64,000 bases of DNA from Ginglymostoma cirratum (GCA_024137785.1 JAHRHZ010000038.1:12700050-12764049), one strand, 5' to 3'. Shown: positions 34,394 to 47,484, counted from the stretch's first letter. Program-made: numbers and translations. Notes: generated from the letters alone by a model not told the origin.

Positions 34394-36860
34394 CTATGGA
34401 AAAGGAGACAAAGTTAAAAATAAAGAGCTTTGTTGCCTCATGTACAATTTATTTAAAATAGTATAATTACTTTTCATTTTCCCTTTCTATTCATACGGGT
34501 GATTAAGTAACACAACTGCACTGCAGTCCCAGAGCTGCAAATTCAGATGGGAGTACTTTCAGACTATCTTCTTTAACATACAAAGGATATATAGTTTGCT
34601 GTATTTAACCATCTTTGTGCAAAGCGAGACCATGACTTACCAAAGAGGAGGGGAGGGTATGGAAGTAGTGGAAACATAGCCAGTGCGAAATTGTAGGAGT
34701 GGCAAAGTGACATAGGAAGATCCTACATTAATGTCACAGGCATACTGAGTGGGCGGTGGTTTTATAGCAATGATACAGGACAGGGTGAAAGCAAGTTCAT
34801 AACTTGAATAGAAATATAGTTCTCACACATTTCCTGTTTCTATTAAAACAAAAACTGTGTTTTGGTAGGGTTGTGATGAGCAAGTCACACCATTACTTTC
34901 TATAACTGCTGCCCAACACAATACCCATCAGCTTTCCCTCAATCACGAACATGTGCAGGATGTTCCACTAAATTTGTCAGCCTGTCACTGACCCAGCCAA
35001 AAACTCGAAGCTACTTTCGTCAACTACTCCAAGCTCTGCCCAAATGTCTACTGGGAGGAGGCAGAGATTGATTCTGACTTTTGAATCAATTGATATCACA
35101 AATGATAAACAGCACAGAAAAAGGGCATTCAGCTCAGTAAGTGCATGCCAATGTATATAAATTTCCCCTTGAATGCATTTATATTATTGATCACAATAAC
35201 TACTTGTGGTAGCCTATTGTACATTCTCACCACTTTCTGGGTTAACCAAAATTCTTCAGAATTACTCAGTTGATTTCCTGGTGGCTATCCTCTACTGCTG
35301 TCCATTGGTTTTACTCTCTTTCCCCATTCCCTCAAGTGGAAACATACACTGACCTAAATCTTCAGGATTCACAGGCATCAGAAAGAAGCTGGACAGTGTC
35401 CAAAGGTTCCAAGGTAAGTAGCGTGGCAGTTCTTCACCCTTGTTAGATCTTGGGCCCAGCAGCAAATTTTCATCACAGGTCCTTTCTGTCAGCCTACGCA
35501 GGTGAAGGTACAATAATAGGCTAGCCCTGTAGGAAGTCCCTTTCCACCTCTTCCACACCACACTCCTGGTGGCCTAGCTTCATTGTATATTTCTATATTA
35601 AACTTTATTAAGTGGCTGAGAGGTAACCTTCTTGTTGAACTACCCTCCACATTGCTTACCTAGTAAAACACCAAGTGGTTTCTCTGAAGCTGAAAGGCCT
35701 CTGATTGGCCCTCTATCTTCCAGAGCCTGCAAACCACCCTTAACTGGACAGGGAACCTGTCTCCACGTCAATTAAGGGTTCACCCATGTGTAATACTAAC
35801 TTTCATTTTACCAACAGAAGGAGATGGATTCCAAAAACAATTTAACTCCTGTTTCCCACTGTCATGAGGAAAATTCACCCCTTCGGAGTTGACACAATGA
35901 AACCTCAATTTTAAAGACTTCTTTAGGTTTCTCCTCACATGTTCTCTTTTAAAGAGAAAGGAGGTCTAACCTACTCACTGTTTCCTCATATATAACCCAA
36001 TGATTCCACTATCATCATCATAAAAATGTCTTGCATCCCCTCAAATCCCTCCCGGTTGTACAGATGTGTTCCTGAATTAAGAGCAGCTGTGGATTATTTA
36101 GCCCCTCTAGACAGTTCCATTAGCCAATAAGATCATATCTGATCTGACTGATTATGTCCACATCTACAGCCCTCACAGGGTGAGTTCCAGAATAGTACCA
36201 CTCTCTGCATAAAAAAAAAATCAACCTTACATACCCCCGTATCTCGTCCAAAAAAAAACATGCCTCCCACCACAGTCCTTGTACAATCAGCTAATGGGAA
36301 CAGCTTTTTTCTTTTATTGTCTACTGTGTCTGAAATGGTCATAATCAAGTTCACCTTGTGAAGTCTTCCTGCAACCTCCTTAGGTCAAAGGGGAACAACT
36401 CCAGCTTGTCCAACCTAACCTTATAGTTAAAAATCCCATGCCAGAAACTATTCTGGTAAACCTCATACCCTGTCAAGGACCTTCACATTCTCCGTATTAT
36501 GCAGCAATCAAAACTGGAAGCAGTAATATGTTTCCAAACCAGAGATTTATAAACAAACAGTCAGAAGTGATTTGCCTGTTTTCTACTCAGTACCTCTGTT
36601 TATGAAACCCAAGCTCCCATAGGCTTTGCCGAATGTTCTCTCAACATATTCTGTCAACTTCAAATATCTATGCACCTTAAACTTCCAGGTCCCTCAATCT
36701 TTGCACACTCTTTAGAGTTTACCATCCTCTGGTCTGAAAACAACAATTTGCAAAACTCCCTATTTTCTGTCTGAAATATGAAATGGTGAGTAATCCTAGG
36801 ACGTTCAAGGTCCTAGTTCTTGAACTTACTTCCCAAATCCTAAAGGTTTAGCTAACTAAC

Positions 36861-37178
36861 GGCACGGTGGCTCAGTGGGTAGCACTGCAGCCTCACAGCG
36901 CCAGGGACCCAGGTTTGATTCCAGCCTCAGGTGACTGTCTGTGTGGAGTTTGCACATTCTCCCCGTGTCTGCGTGGGTTTCCTCCGGGTGCTCCGGTTTC
37001 CTCCCACAGTCCAAAGATGTGCAGGCTAGGTGGATTGGCCATGCTAAATTGCCCATAGTGTTCAGGGGTGTGTGGGTTATAGGGGGATGGGTCTGGGTGG
37101 GATGCTCCAAGGGTCGGTGTGGACTTGTTGGGCCGAAGGGCCTGTTTCCACACTGTAGGGACTCTAATGATTCTAATG
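36861..37178 (+). mobile_element. HE1-type V-SINE, near full-length, young
   Basis: ggcacggtggctcagtgg...V domain with retained CpGs...gggccgaagggcctgtttccacactgtaggg. Confidence 0.93.
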
Positions 37179-37270
37179 AACTACCTCATTAAGTCTATAC
37201 TGCCTCTCCCTACACCTTCTGTCAAAATATATCACCTCAAATTTCCTTGTGATAAATTTCATTTGCCACT

Positions 37271-37556
37271 TAGAATCGTAGAATCCACACAGTGCGGAAG
37301 CAGACCACACGGCCCATCAAGTTTGCAGTAACCTTCCGTAGAGCATCCCACCCAAACCAATCCCAGTACCATCTCCCTGAAACCCTGCATTTACCAGTTA
37401 ACCTACCAACTCGGCACATCCCTGAACACTATGGGCCAAAACAGATATTGGGAGAACATGCAAACTCCACACAGACAGTTGCCCAAGGCTGGAATTGAAC
37501 CTGGGTCCCTGATGCTGTGAGGCAGCAGTACTAACCACTGAGCCACCGTGCCACCC
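37271..37556 (-). mobile_element. HE1-type V-SINE with internal deletion
   Basis: Reverse head ctaaccactgagccaccgtgccaccc and V-domain part gcaaactccacacagacag. Confidence 0.88.
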
Positions 37557-39495
37557 TGATTTCTGACTGCCTGTTCTACTAGACTGACTATGTCCTGTTG
37601 CAGTCACACCTCCAAGTTGATATTACTGTCAAATTTTGCTCTATTGCCCAGTATCTAAATTATTTACATAAAAGATATTAAAGCAATGGTCCAAGCACTG
37701 AATTTAGGGAACACCCGAGTTTATCATCCTCCGGTCTGAAAACAACAATTTACCACAACTCCCTATTTTCTGTCTGAAGTATGAAATGGTGAGTAATCCT
37801 AGGACGTTCAAGGTCCTAGTTCTTGAACTTCCTTCCCAAATCCTAAAAGTTTAGCTGAGTACCTCAAAACCTGACCTCTGCATCAATGGTAGTGTCGTGT
37901 ACCTTAATTTCAAACTCATTCCTTTGACGGTGCAGAATATTCTGCACCTTCACCATGAAATCCTCAACTCAGGCTCTGTGGTTGCAACATTCCAAGTAGG
38001 GCATTATGATGTTAGTTTGTTCCCCAGAGATAGAATCACCTAGAATACCTCCATTTCTGTGCTTTGTTATTCCTCCCTCTGTACTACTTTGTCCATTAGG
38101 GCCATGATTTTAACTGCATTCTCTCAAAACATCATCACCTCCAACAATCTCCGATACGGAGTATTGGCTTAAGGGTGGCATACACCCAAGGACATCAACA
38201 ATTCCTGACTTTTCCTATTCCAGCCATCTATTGTCCCGAACACACTCTTTTTGATGTGGTCACCTCTGGGACTGTAGAATCTGTTAAACACTCAAGCTCC
38301 CTTTTGTTTCGCACATGATTCCAGCTGCTCCTCAAGATTGGAAACTCTGAGTTCGAGCTGAAGCAGCTGGAAATATTTCCTACACATTTAGTCTCCCACA
38401 ACACATGACACGTCCTGAAGTTTCTATATGGCACAAGAATTGCAAGCAACAGTTTTCATCCATCCATGATCATCAATAGTTGGCACCTTGTTTAAACGAT
38501 CAATTTCAATTAATCCCTCCTCTGCTTTCTGTAAAAAGAAATGATTATTTACATCAAACATATTGTTTATGCTAATGAGAAAACCATATTACAACATGCA
38601 GATGGGAAAGTATGTGTAGAATATTAAAAAGTCAAAGATTTTCTCACCAATCTCTTGTGGAGCAAATAGTGATGATAAAGTTTGATTCATCTTGATTATT
38701 AGTCTCAAGTGTGAAAATGAAATATTACATTATCCTGTAGATGACATGTTCCATTGTGGCAATTATTTATTTCACTAATGACAGAAGACCAGTGTATTCT
38801 TGAGTTTTATGTTGAAACAAGGGAATTGAAGAAGATAGTTGCAGATGCTCGAAAAACATTTGGGAAAGTAATACCCAACAGACTTATTCAGAAAATAGGA
38901 ACAAATGGTGTTAAAGAGGCAATGGTAATTTGGCTAAGGAATTGGTTGAGGTATATGAGACAGTATTAGCAAAAATGTGTTTGTCTCATCAGAGAGATGG
39001 ATGCAATAGAATTTCACAAGAGTGGATCTTAGAACCATTGCATTTCCAGTAAAATATGTCACAAAACTCAGCAATGCAGAAAATGCAGAGTAGGATAGTA
39101 GCAGACTTCTGGAATCCATAGACAGATCATTGAAACAGGCAGAGGCAACTTATGGCAAGTAAATGTTCAGTGATGCGCTTTGGGAGATAAACAATGGAGA
39201 GATAGTAATCAGCACATTTTTGAGGGCAGTGAATGAACAAAGAAACGGAGGAGTGCAAATTCACTAATTCTTGAAGGTGACAGGGTGAGTTAATAAGACA
39301 GTTGACGAAGTGATACTTGGCTCTAAAAATAAAGGCATTGAATTCAAAAACAAGGAAATCATGCTAAAGCTTTAAAAGTCACTGTTCACGTCTCAGTGGA
39401 TATGAAATCATAGAATGATATGGAATAGAAGAACAATATGGAGTCATTTACACCTGTGTCAATTTTTTGGTCAAGCTGTCCAATTAATTGCACTC

Positions 39496-40098
39496 AGTTC
39501 GCAACAAACAACTGCACCTCCCAGTTGCGAACCATTTCAACTCCCCCTCCCATTCCTCAGACGACATGTCCATCCTGGGCCTCCTGCAATGCCACAGTGA
39601 TGCCACCCGAAGGCTGCAGGAACAGCAAATCATATTCAGCCTGGGAACCCTGCAGCCTAATGGTATCAATGTGGATTTCACAAGCTTCGAAATCTCCCCT
39701 CCCCCAACCGCATCCCAAAACCAGCCCAGCTCATCTCCGCCTCCCTAACCTGTCCTTCCTCTCACCTACCCCCTCCTCCCACCTCAAGCTCCACCCCCAT
39801 CTCCTATCTACTAACCTCATCCTGCCCCCTTAACCTGTCCATCCTCCCTGGACTGACCTATCTCCTCCCTACCCCCCACCTACACTCACCTTTACTGGCT
39901 CCATCCCCGCCTCTTCGACTTGTCTGCCTCCTCTCCACCTATCCTCTCCTCTATCCATCTTCTATCCGCCTCCCCCTCTCTCCCTATTTATTTCAGAACT
40001 CCCTTCCCCTCCCCCATTTCTGATGAAGGCTCTAGGCCCGAAACGTCAAGCTTTCCTGCTCGGCCTGCTGTGTTCATCCAGCCCCACACCTTGTTATC
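39496..40098 (+). mobile_element. 5'-truncated Penelope-like element, family A (GIY-YIG C-terminus, pyrimidine-rich spacer, hammerhead)
   Basis: ORF HSVRNKQLHLPVANHFNSPSHSSDDMSILGLLQCHSDATRRLQEQQIIFSLGTLQPNGINVDF. 17-bp TSD tccaattaattgcactc (39479-39495 and 40099-40115). Hammerhead core at 40020-40047. Confidence 0.92.
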
Positions 40099-40903
40099 TC
40101 CAATTAATTGCACTCCCCTTGTGTGCTTTCCCCTTGGTCTGATAATTTTTTATGGTACATTGGAGGAGAAGTCCTGAGCACCACACCTTAAAGAAGACTG
40201 TCAAAGCTTTGGTGAGGCTACAGAGAAGGTTTGCCAGGCTATTATCAAATTTTCTGATGTGGAGAGATTGGAAACACTGGAAGTGTTGTCACAGCAAAAC
40301 TGAAGGACAGGTGGAAACCAGATAGTAATATTCAGAATAATGATGGGTTTTGATAGAGTAATTAGGGAGAAAATGTTTTATCAGATAAGTAAGCCGATAT
40401 CTAGAGTTCAAAGCTAAAATAATTTGGCAACAGAATTAGAAGGGAAATCGGAAGAATTTTTGTCAGGGTAGTTGTGATCTGGAATGCGGTACCTCAAAAC
40501 AGTTGGTGAAATCAGACATAGCCACCCAGATCCCAAAACAAAGCTGCTGGAAAAGCTCAGCAGGTCTGGCAGCAAAACAGAGTTAATGTTTTGGGTCCAG
40601 TGACCCTTCCTCGGAACCTCTCTGGTTTTATAAGGTCACCCCTGAGTCTAAGGCACTGCGGGGGAAAAAAGCCTCAGCCTATTCAACCTCTCCCTACAAC
40701 TGAAACCCTCCAGTCCTGGCAACATCCTTGTAATATAGTCTGCACCCTCTCAGGTTTAACACCATCTTTTCTATAGAAGGGTAACCAGAAATGAACGCAG
40801 TGTTCTAAAAGTGGCTTCACCAATGTCCTGTACAGTGGCAAAATGAGGTCCCAAATCCTATACTCAATGTTTTAATGTATGGAGGCAAGTGGCCAAAAAC
40901 CTT

Positions 40904-41562
40904 AGATAACAAGCATGGGGCTGGATGAACACAGCAGGTCAAGCAGCATCATAGGAGCAGGAAAACTTGACGTTTCGGGCCTAAACCCTTCATCAGAAAT
41001 GATTTCTGATGAAGGNNNNNNNNNNNNNNNNNNNNNNNNNNNNNNNNNNNNNNNNNNNNNNNNNNNNNNNNNNNNNNNNNNNNNNNNNNNNNNNNNNNNN
41101 NNNNNNNNNNNNNNNNNNNNNNNNNNNNNNNNNNNNNNNNNNNNNNNNNNNNNNNNNNNNNNNNNNNNNNNNNNNNNNNNNNNNNNNNNNNNNNNNNNNN
41201 NNNNNNNNNNNNNNNNNNNNNNNNNNNNNNNNNNNNNNNNNNNNNNNNNNNNNNNNNNNNNNNNNNNNNNNNNNNNNNNNNNNNNNNNNNNNNNNNNNNN
41301 NNNNNNNNNNNNNNNNNNNNNNNNNNNNNNNNNNNNNNNNNNNNNNNNNNNNNNNNNNNNNNNNNNNNNNNNNNNNNNNNNNNNNNNNNNNNNNNNNNNN
41401 NNNNNNNNNNNNNNNCCCTTCATCAGAAATGATTTCTGATGAAGGGTTTAGGCCCGAAACGTCAAGTTTTCCTGCTCCTATGATGCTGCTTGACCTGCTG
41501 TGTTCATCCAGCCCCATGCTTGTTATCTCGGATTCTCCAGCATCTGCAGTACCTTTTATCTC
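40904..41562. mobile_element. Young palindromic PLE-derived insertion (subfamily A') spanning the assembly gap
   Basis: Perfect 14-bp TSD tggccaaaaacctt (40890-40903 and 41563-41576), perfectly complementary arms, and intact hammerhead cores on both strands (40969-40996 minus, 41436-41463 plus). Confidence 0.92.
41016..41415. other. Assembly gap (400 N)
   Basis: Run of n. Confidence 1.
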
Positions 41563-41583
41563 TGGCCAAAAACCTTCTTCACT

Positions 41584-41669
41584 GAGATAACAAGGTGAAG
41601 AGCTGGATGGACACAGCAGGCCAAGCAGCATCAGAGGAGCAGGAAGGCTGACGTTTCGGGCCTAGACTC
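41584..41669 (-). mobile_element. Single-arm PLE-derived insertion, family A
   Basis: gagataacaaggtgaagagctgg...ggctgacgtttcgggcctagactc; 7-bp direct repeat cttcact (41577-41583 and 41670-41676). Confidence 0.8.
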
Positions 41670-41848
41670 CTTCACTACTCTGTATATCTGTGACTCAACT
41701 TTCAAGGAACTGCGCACCTGCACCCGCAGTTCTTGTTGGTTGTTTGAACAGATGGCTGATTAATGTGAAATTGTGAACATTAGAGGAAGGGGAACATGTG
41801 TGCCAATGTTATTATAATGGTAAAAATGGACTGTCAATATTCAATTTC

Positions 41849-42060
41849 TGAAATAACTCTAGAGAGGCCAGTATCCCATCACGAAGTCACCCTTTATTTA
41901 GACATCATAATCTCCTTGACTGTAGTACTGCTTCATGCAAAGTCGGGCACCAGACTGTCAATATCTCTGACACTCACCCTCTTTAGATGTCAGCCAGGGC
42001 TCCTTGATTGGACCAGATTGACAGCCCAAAGTCCAGCTGGACCTCATTACAATCACTCGT
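41849..42060 (-). mobile_element. Short solo LTR, same family as 61669-61892
   Basis: Reverse complement reads agtgattgtaa...aatcaaggagccctggctgaca...ggtgagtgtcagag...aataaagggtgac...gagttatttCA. Confidence 0.7.
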
Positions 42061-42459
42061 ACTTCCATAATCTGATTATCATACCCAAGACCTATCGTGG
42101 ACTTAAGTGTTTTTTGAAAAGAACAAATACCTAAATACAGGACTGTAAATATCTGACGAGAGCTTGATGCAAGTCCAGGGAACCCGTATGAACCCAATGC
42201 AGAATGTTTCATTGATAATACCTACAGACTGAAACCAACCAAACGAGTCAGCTTCAAAAAATTTGCATCTCTTGTTTAATTCACAGTTGTAAAATATGCA
42301 GTTTGGAAGGACAATGGAACAGAGTCAGGAATATACAGACCCAGGATCTATATTAACAGGCACTTTCAGCAGCAAAGAGAAAAAAAAACATGAACTGATA
42401 ATGGAAAGGATAGTGCAAGCCTCTGGTCACCCTGCCCTCCTCAACCTCAAAGTTAGGGG

Positions 42460-43145
42460 TGGTTAGGGGGAGTTTGAAAGGTAGGGTATTGTATCAATGG
42501 TAAAAGAAGCCATCACTTGCAGCAATGTGGGAGATGTACTTGAAGGGTCTTCTTTTGAGGCCAGCTAGATAGCATTTAGATATAAAAAGAGGGCAATTAC
42601 CTTGCTGGGATTATACTACAGGCCTCCCAACAGTCAGAGAGAGACAGAGGTGCAGATATGTAGATAAATCACAAAGAAACAGGATTATAGTTGTAGGGGA
42701 TTTCAACTTACCTAACATTAACCAGGATCGCCTTACCGCGAAGGGATTAGGGTGGAATTTTTAAAGTGCATCCTCGAGACCTTTTTGTGCTATTGGGTCC
42801 TACGAGAGTTGGGGCAGTGCTACACCTATTCCTAGGGAATGGAACCTGTTTAGTGGTTGAAGTTTCAGTGGGTGAGCATTTTGGGGACAGTGACCATAAC
42901 TCTATGTTTAAAAGTCATTATGGAAAAGGATAAGGATAATGCAGAAGTGCCTAAATTGGTACAAGTCCTATTGCAAAATCATTAGACAGGATCTAGCAAA
43001 CATAGACTGGGAGCAACTATTTGCAGGTACAGTCTGCATTTGGAAAGTGGGAGCTATTTGTTAAATAGTGTGGTGAGAATTCAGGGCAAGTGTGTCCCTC
43101 TAATTATGAAGAGCAAGGGCAGCAAGTCCAGGGACCCTGGATATC
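42460..43145 (+). mobile_element. CR1 endonuclease-region fragment
   Basis: tactacaggcctcccaac (YYRPPN), gtaggggatttcaacttacct (VGDFNLP), gggacagtgaccataac (DSDHN). Confidence 0.8.
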
Positions 43146-45054
43146 AAGGAATAACAAGGAATACAGCATATTTCATGATCTTCCTCCCAGAAGTGACAAG
43201 TTCACATTTACCCCTGTCCCTGTAGCTTAAAGCCCAAGCCAATGCCTTACAAATGAATATTTTCCTGAATAAAATTTATTTATTTTTATGTTGCTTTCCC
43301 AGAAATAGGAAAACAGGTTTATGAGCTAAGCTCTTCTTTGAATAATAATAATGCCAGCAATAAAACAAATTTTAAGAGATGAACATTGTAATTTTCTCAA
43401 ATGCATTTTCTTTTACCTGCTTCACAGTCCTATTGCTTATTAAATAAAAAGAATAAACACAATGGTCTTCTGAGGGAAAAGACTGCTCAAGAAATCTAAA
43501 ATGAGGAATTTCTGCTCTGTCGTTATAGATATTTGGTAAATTTAAGTCTTTTTTAAAAGATATATCTGAGACACAATTTTAATATAGACTAAGCTGAGAA
43601 AAGATTTATCCTGTGGTCTAAACGTCAAAAGGAGAAAGTAATTTTCTCCACAGACCGAATAGAGCTGGACACTTGAAATGAGCTGTGATTGATGGCACTC
43701 CACTGACGAATTACATAACACTGCAATACAGCAGTCTTCAATTATTTCAAATGGCCAAATTTCACACAGAAGCAGCTTACAGGACTGAATATTACACCCT
43801 GAGCTCAACATTGTATTCAAAATATTAAAGAATGTAAAACACCCACTGTTTTAAAATGTTAGTTGTCCATAAGTAATTTATGATAAAACAAAACTCAGTA
43901 TATAAATGGATTTGATTTATAGATGTTGATCATTAGAATATTTACCATAAATCATTATAAAATCTTCTTGCAACTGCCTCATTTCACATAGGAATGTGCC
44001 ATCTTCTGATCAGCTAGTGTTTGTCTGTCACTGATCTCTAAATCAGCCAGCGACTATGATAATCACACTTTAGCACCTTACCCCAGTCCCAAAATGATCA
44101 TCTTGTCTCCTGTAGTGCATCTCAAAGGCAGTTAACCAGATGTACCAATTAGAAAGTTACTATGTAATAATGCAAAACAAAAGTACAAAGTCACAATTCT
44201 GGAATTAAAAGATGCCCAAGGAGGTTTCAGGCAGGTGTTGTCCTCCCATTACTGCATTCACTTGTTAGGATGTTTTTGAATGTTTTCACCCAAAGGAAAT
44301 GACAGGAATTCTTTTAAAAAGGTTGGACATTAGAGAAACAGCCAAGTCTAAATGTCTATATCTAAACATACTTCCACAAAGATTAGAATTTGTGCATTAA
44401 AATGATGCCTATTAGTTAATTTTAAATGATTTACGCCTCGTAATTGTTAGTTTACTAACAAGAAAGTCAAGCTGATATTGGACTTAATAGATTAGCCATA
44501 TATTTCACCCATATTTAAATATTCCACCAACAGAGTTCACAATGGTGTTGGATTGAATCTAGTTCCAAATCAGAGAAACACCAAGAGGAACAGAAGTGTT
44601 CTCATGATTCCACAGGCACATGTGTCGACCCATCTTATATCCAGCCCTTCTCAGGAGTATCGGTGAATGCTTGTCTCAATACTGATGTCTGTCCCAAGCA
44701 AGTTGCTCGTGGAGGTGCAAACAGTTGGTTCCAAATATGTTGCTAAGGCCCAAAATGCAATTTCCATCTATGCTGTGCCCTCTTGACACATGCATATACT
44801 ACTCATGTTGCCAAATCTGGGATATGATAGTAGGCCCAGATGAATTTCTATCCTAAAGTCTGTTACGGCTCCAATTTGCTGTGCTCCATATTGTAATAGT
44901 TGGGCATTTTTAAGCGAGAGAGTTAGTTCTATATTTCACTCCAAATTACATCTATTAACTTTATTATTCATGTTATCTCAGGTGCACTGATTTCATTGAA
45001 GAAATCTTTTGTGTTTGTTAAATATCAGTGCACATTGAGGCAATTACTACCAAA

Positions 45055-45555
45055 GCACAGGAAGGATGCTGTTAAATTCGAGAGGGTGCAGAAACAATCC
45101 ATAAGGATGTTGCTGGGAGGGTTTGAGCTACAGGGAGAGGCTGAATAGGTGGGACTTTTTTCCCTAGAGCATCAGAGGCTGAGGGTTCACTTTACAGAAA
45201 TTTATAAAATCATGAGGGGCATAGATAGGGTGAATAGCGCAGGTCTTTTTCCTAGGCTGGGGGAGTCCAAAACTAGACAGTATAGGTTTAAGGTGAGAGG
45301 GGAAAGATTTAAAAAGGATCTGAGGGGTAACACTTTCATGCAGAGGGTGATGCGTATATGGAACAAGCTGCCAGAGGAAATGGTGGAGGCAAGTACAATG
45401 ATAACATTTATAAGGCATCTGTATGGGTATACGAATAGAAAGGATTTAGACAGATACAAGCCAAATGCTGGCAAATGGGACTAGGTCAGACTGGGTTGTC
45501 TGTTGGTGCGGATGAGTTGGATCAAAGGGTCTTTTTCTGTGTCGTATGACTCTAA
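45055..45555 (+). mobile_element. CR1 3' end
   Basis: ORF GLFSLEHQRLRVHFTEIYKIMRGIDRV...WNKLPEEMVEA; tail tatgactcta. Confidence 0.9.
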
Positions 45556-46382
45556 GTCTTGAAAATATTCCATGTTATTTTGATGCGCAGTCATTTTCCT
45601 TCCCTTAATGATCAGAACTCGTCTTACTCAACAGGACTAAATTATAACAGTGCTATATCATCTAATGCTTGGGAGTTTTCAGTGGCAATATCCTGAAAGA
45701 AACTGCCCCCTGGAGTATTTCCATCTGTTCTCATAGTCGACTGTTCACTCAGTGCCAGCTACGCACCAATAAGAACACACTAACAGTAGAATGGATGCTG
45801 GAATTCTTCTCTTTCTCTCTTCCCATGCCAAATGACACGAAGCAGACAAAGCAGGTTTTTTCACAGTTAGCTTTTCTTAAAACAGTTATTAAGGCCGTCA
45901 GGCTATAGCTTGAGGGTCATCATTCTACATTACACATGATTGACCAAGGGACTGTCCTACTTTTATCACCTGCCTTGGGCATATTGAAAGGATTTACTTA
46001 TTGAACCTCAACCTGTTTGGCTACATTATGAATGCACCTTCTGTGGACTTAAAGTCCTGGAGTGTGACTCAACTCAGACCTTCTGGCTCAGAGGCAAGAA
46101 CACTAAACACTGACGACTGGAGCCATACTGTACCAGAAAAAAGATGTCTATCAAACAGACATTTTGGTTTCAATATTGTAAAACAAGATACAGATTTACA
46201 TTTTAAAAAGGAAATGTAAATGTGATCACATCATCTGTCTGACTGAGGCATCTGATAAGATTAGATTACGACTTGGACGAGTAGCAAGACTTTTTGCAGA
46301 GGGGAGACTTCCATCACTTGTCAATATGGTCTGTATTCAGGTTTAAGTTCTAACTACGTAAAATCATTAAATAAATGGGTAA

Positions 46383-46527
46383 GGCGTAGTAGGAACTGCA
46401 GATGCTGGAGAATCTGAGATAACAATTGCATTTCTGAAGAAGGGTCTAGGCCCAAAATGTCAGCCTTCCTGCTCCTCTGATGCTGCTTGGCCTACTGTGT
46501 TCATCCAGCTCTACACTTTGTTATCTC
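46383..46527. mobile_element. PLE-derived insertion, family A (inverted tail plus hammerhead arm)
   Basis: 15-bp TSD taaa(t/a)aaatgggtaa (46368-46382 and 46528-46542); decayed core at 46434-46461. Confidence 0.85.
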
Positions 46528-47484
46528 TAAAAAAATGGGTAACTTGAGTGAATGCTTTAATCATTTAAATGCTAAACATATATTGACAGACTCATTTCTT
46601 CATTTGTAACAAACATTTCTTCTATATTCTTAAGATTCTTAAACTTACCGCCCAATATGGTTCATTGACATGCAAAATGTTAACTAGTTTTACATTATCT
46701 ACAGTGTCTTTTTTATATGAAGCAACCTCAATAGTTTATCAACTATAAATTGAACCATTGCTTTATTAACCATTCATGAAAAGGTTTTTATTTTTGTTTT
46801 CTTTCACCACAGCCAAAAACATGTCGGTTGTACTCCTGAGAAAATTCTGAAAATTTCTTACAGACTTAATTTATATCTTGAGCTTCCAGGACTAAGAATA
46901 ACCCTTCGGAAATTTTTGGGATCCCACTTCCCCTGAACAGATGCGTCAGAACAGACCCCAAATCTTCTTTCCTAAGACAGAATGAAAGCCTTTCACACAG
47001 CCAGGGTGGACAACAACAGATCCAAGGATCAATAAAGATATCTATCCCAACGTGAGCCGATCTGTTCTTGAAATTCGGAGCACAGACCTTTAGAGGTGCT
47101 AATATTTCAACACTTTAAACCAATAAAGGACTCAGTCACCTCAAGTAGTACGCCTTCTCCACTGATAAGTTGCTGCCAGCCATGATTGCATTATTGTGCC
47201 CTCCATTTTGAATATAGTTTGATTGGAAGAATGAACAAAAGCCGCCCATCAGGACAAGCTGCTCAAAATACAAAGAGGATGAAAAGCAGCAAATCTATAC
47301 TGTACAGCTTCTTTCTGCTTCATCTTACTTAGTGTAACCATAACTCCAATTTACAGTTCACCAATAACCCCATACTCCTTCTCCCCTATTGGCCATCACA
47401 TATTTGGTATCAAGGCCAAAATAAAAGCCTCAACAAAATAAACATTCCAAAACAAATCTGTAAGTGAAATCATGCCATACTTTA

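Larger units (their letters stand above)
40620..41725 (-). mobile_element. CR1 RT fragment hosting two PLE-derived inserts
   Basis: ccctccagtcctggcaacatccttg...ggtaaccagaaatgaacgcagtgttc...ggaggcaagt...ctttcaaggaactg is collinear with the CR1 at 200-530. Confidence 0.85.

Noticed and set aside
34080-34466. 128-aa plus-strand ORF
   Set aside because: Antisense shadow of the MOB3C exon with no independent evidence.
36861-36930. tRNA-like sequence with A and B boxes (also at 2074, 18155, 56644)
   Set aside because: SINE heads continuing into V-domain or SINE bodies, not tRNA genes.
40902-41631. Long ORFs of 173-212 aa
   Set aside because: Artefacts of the N run.
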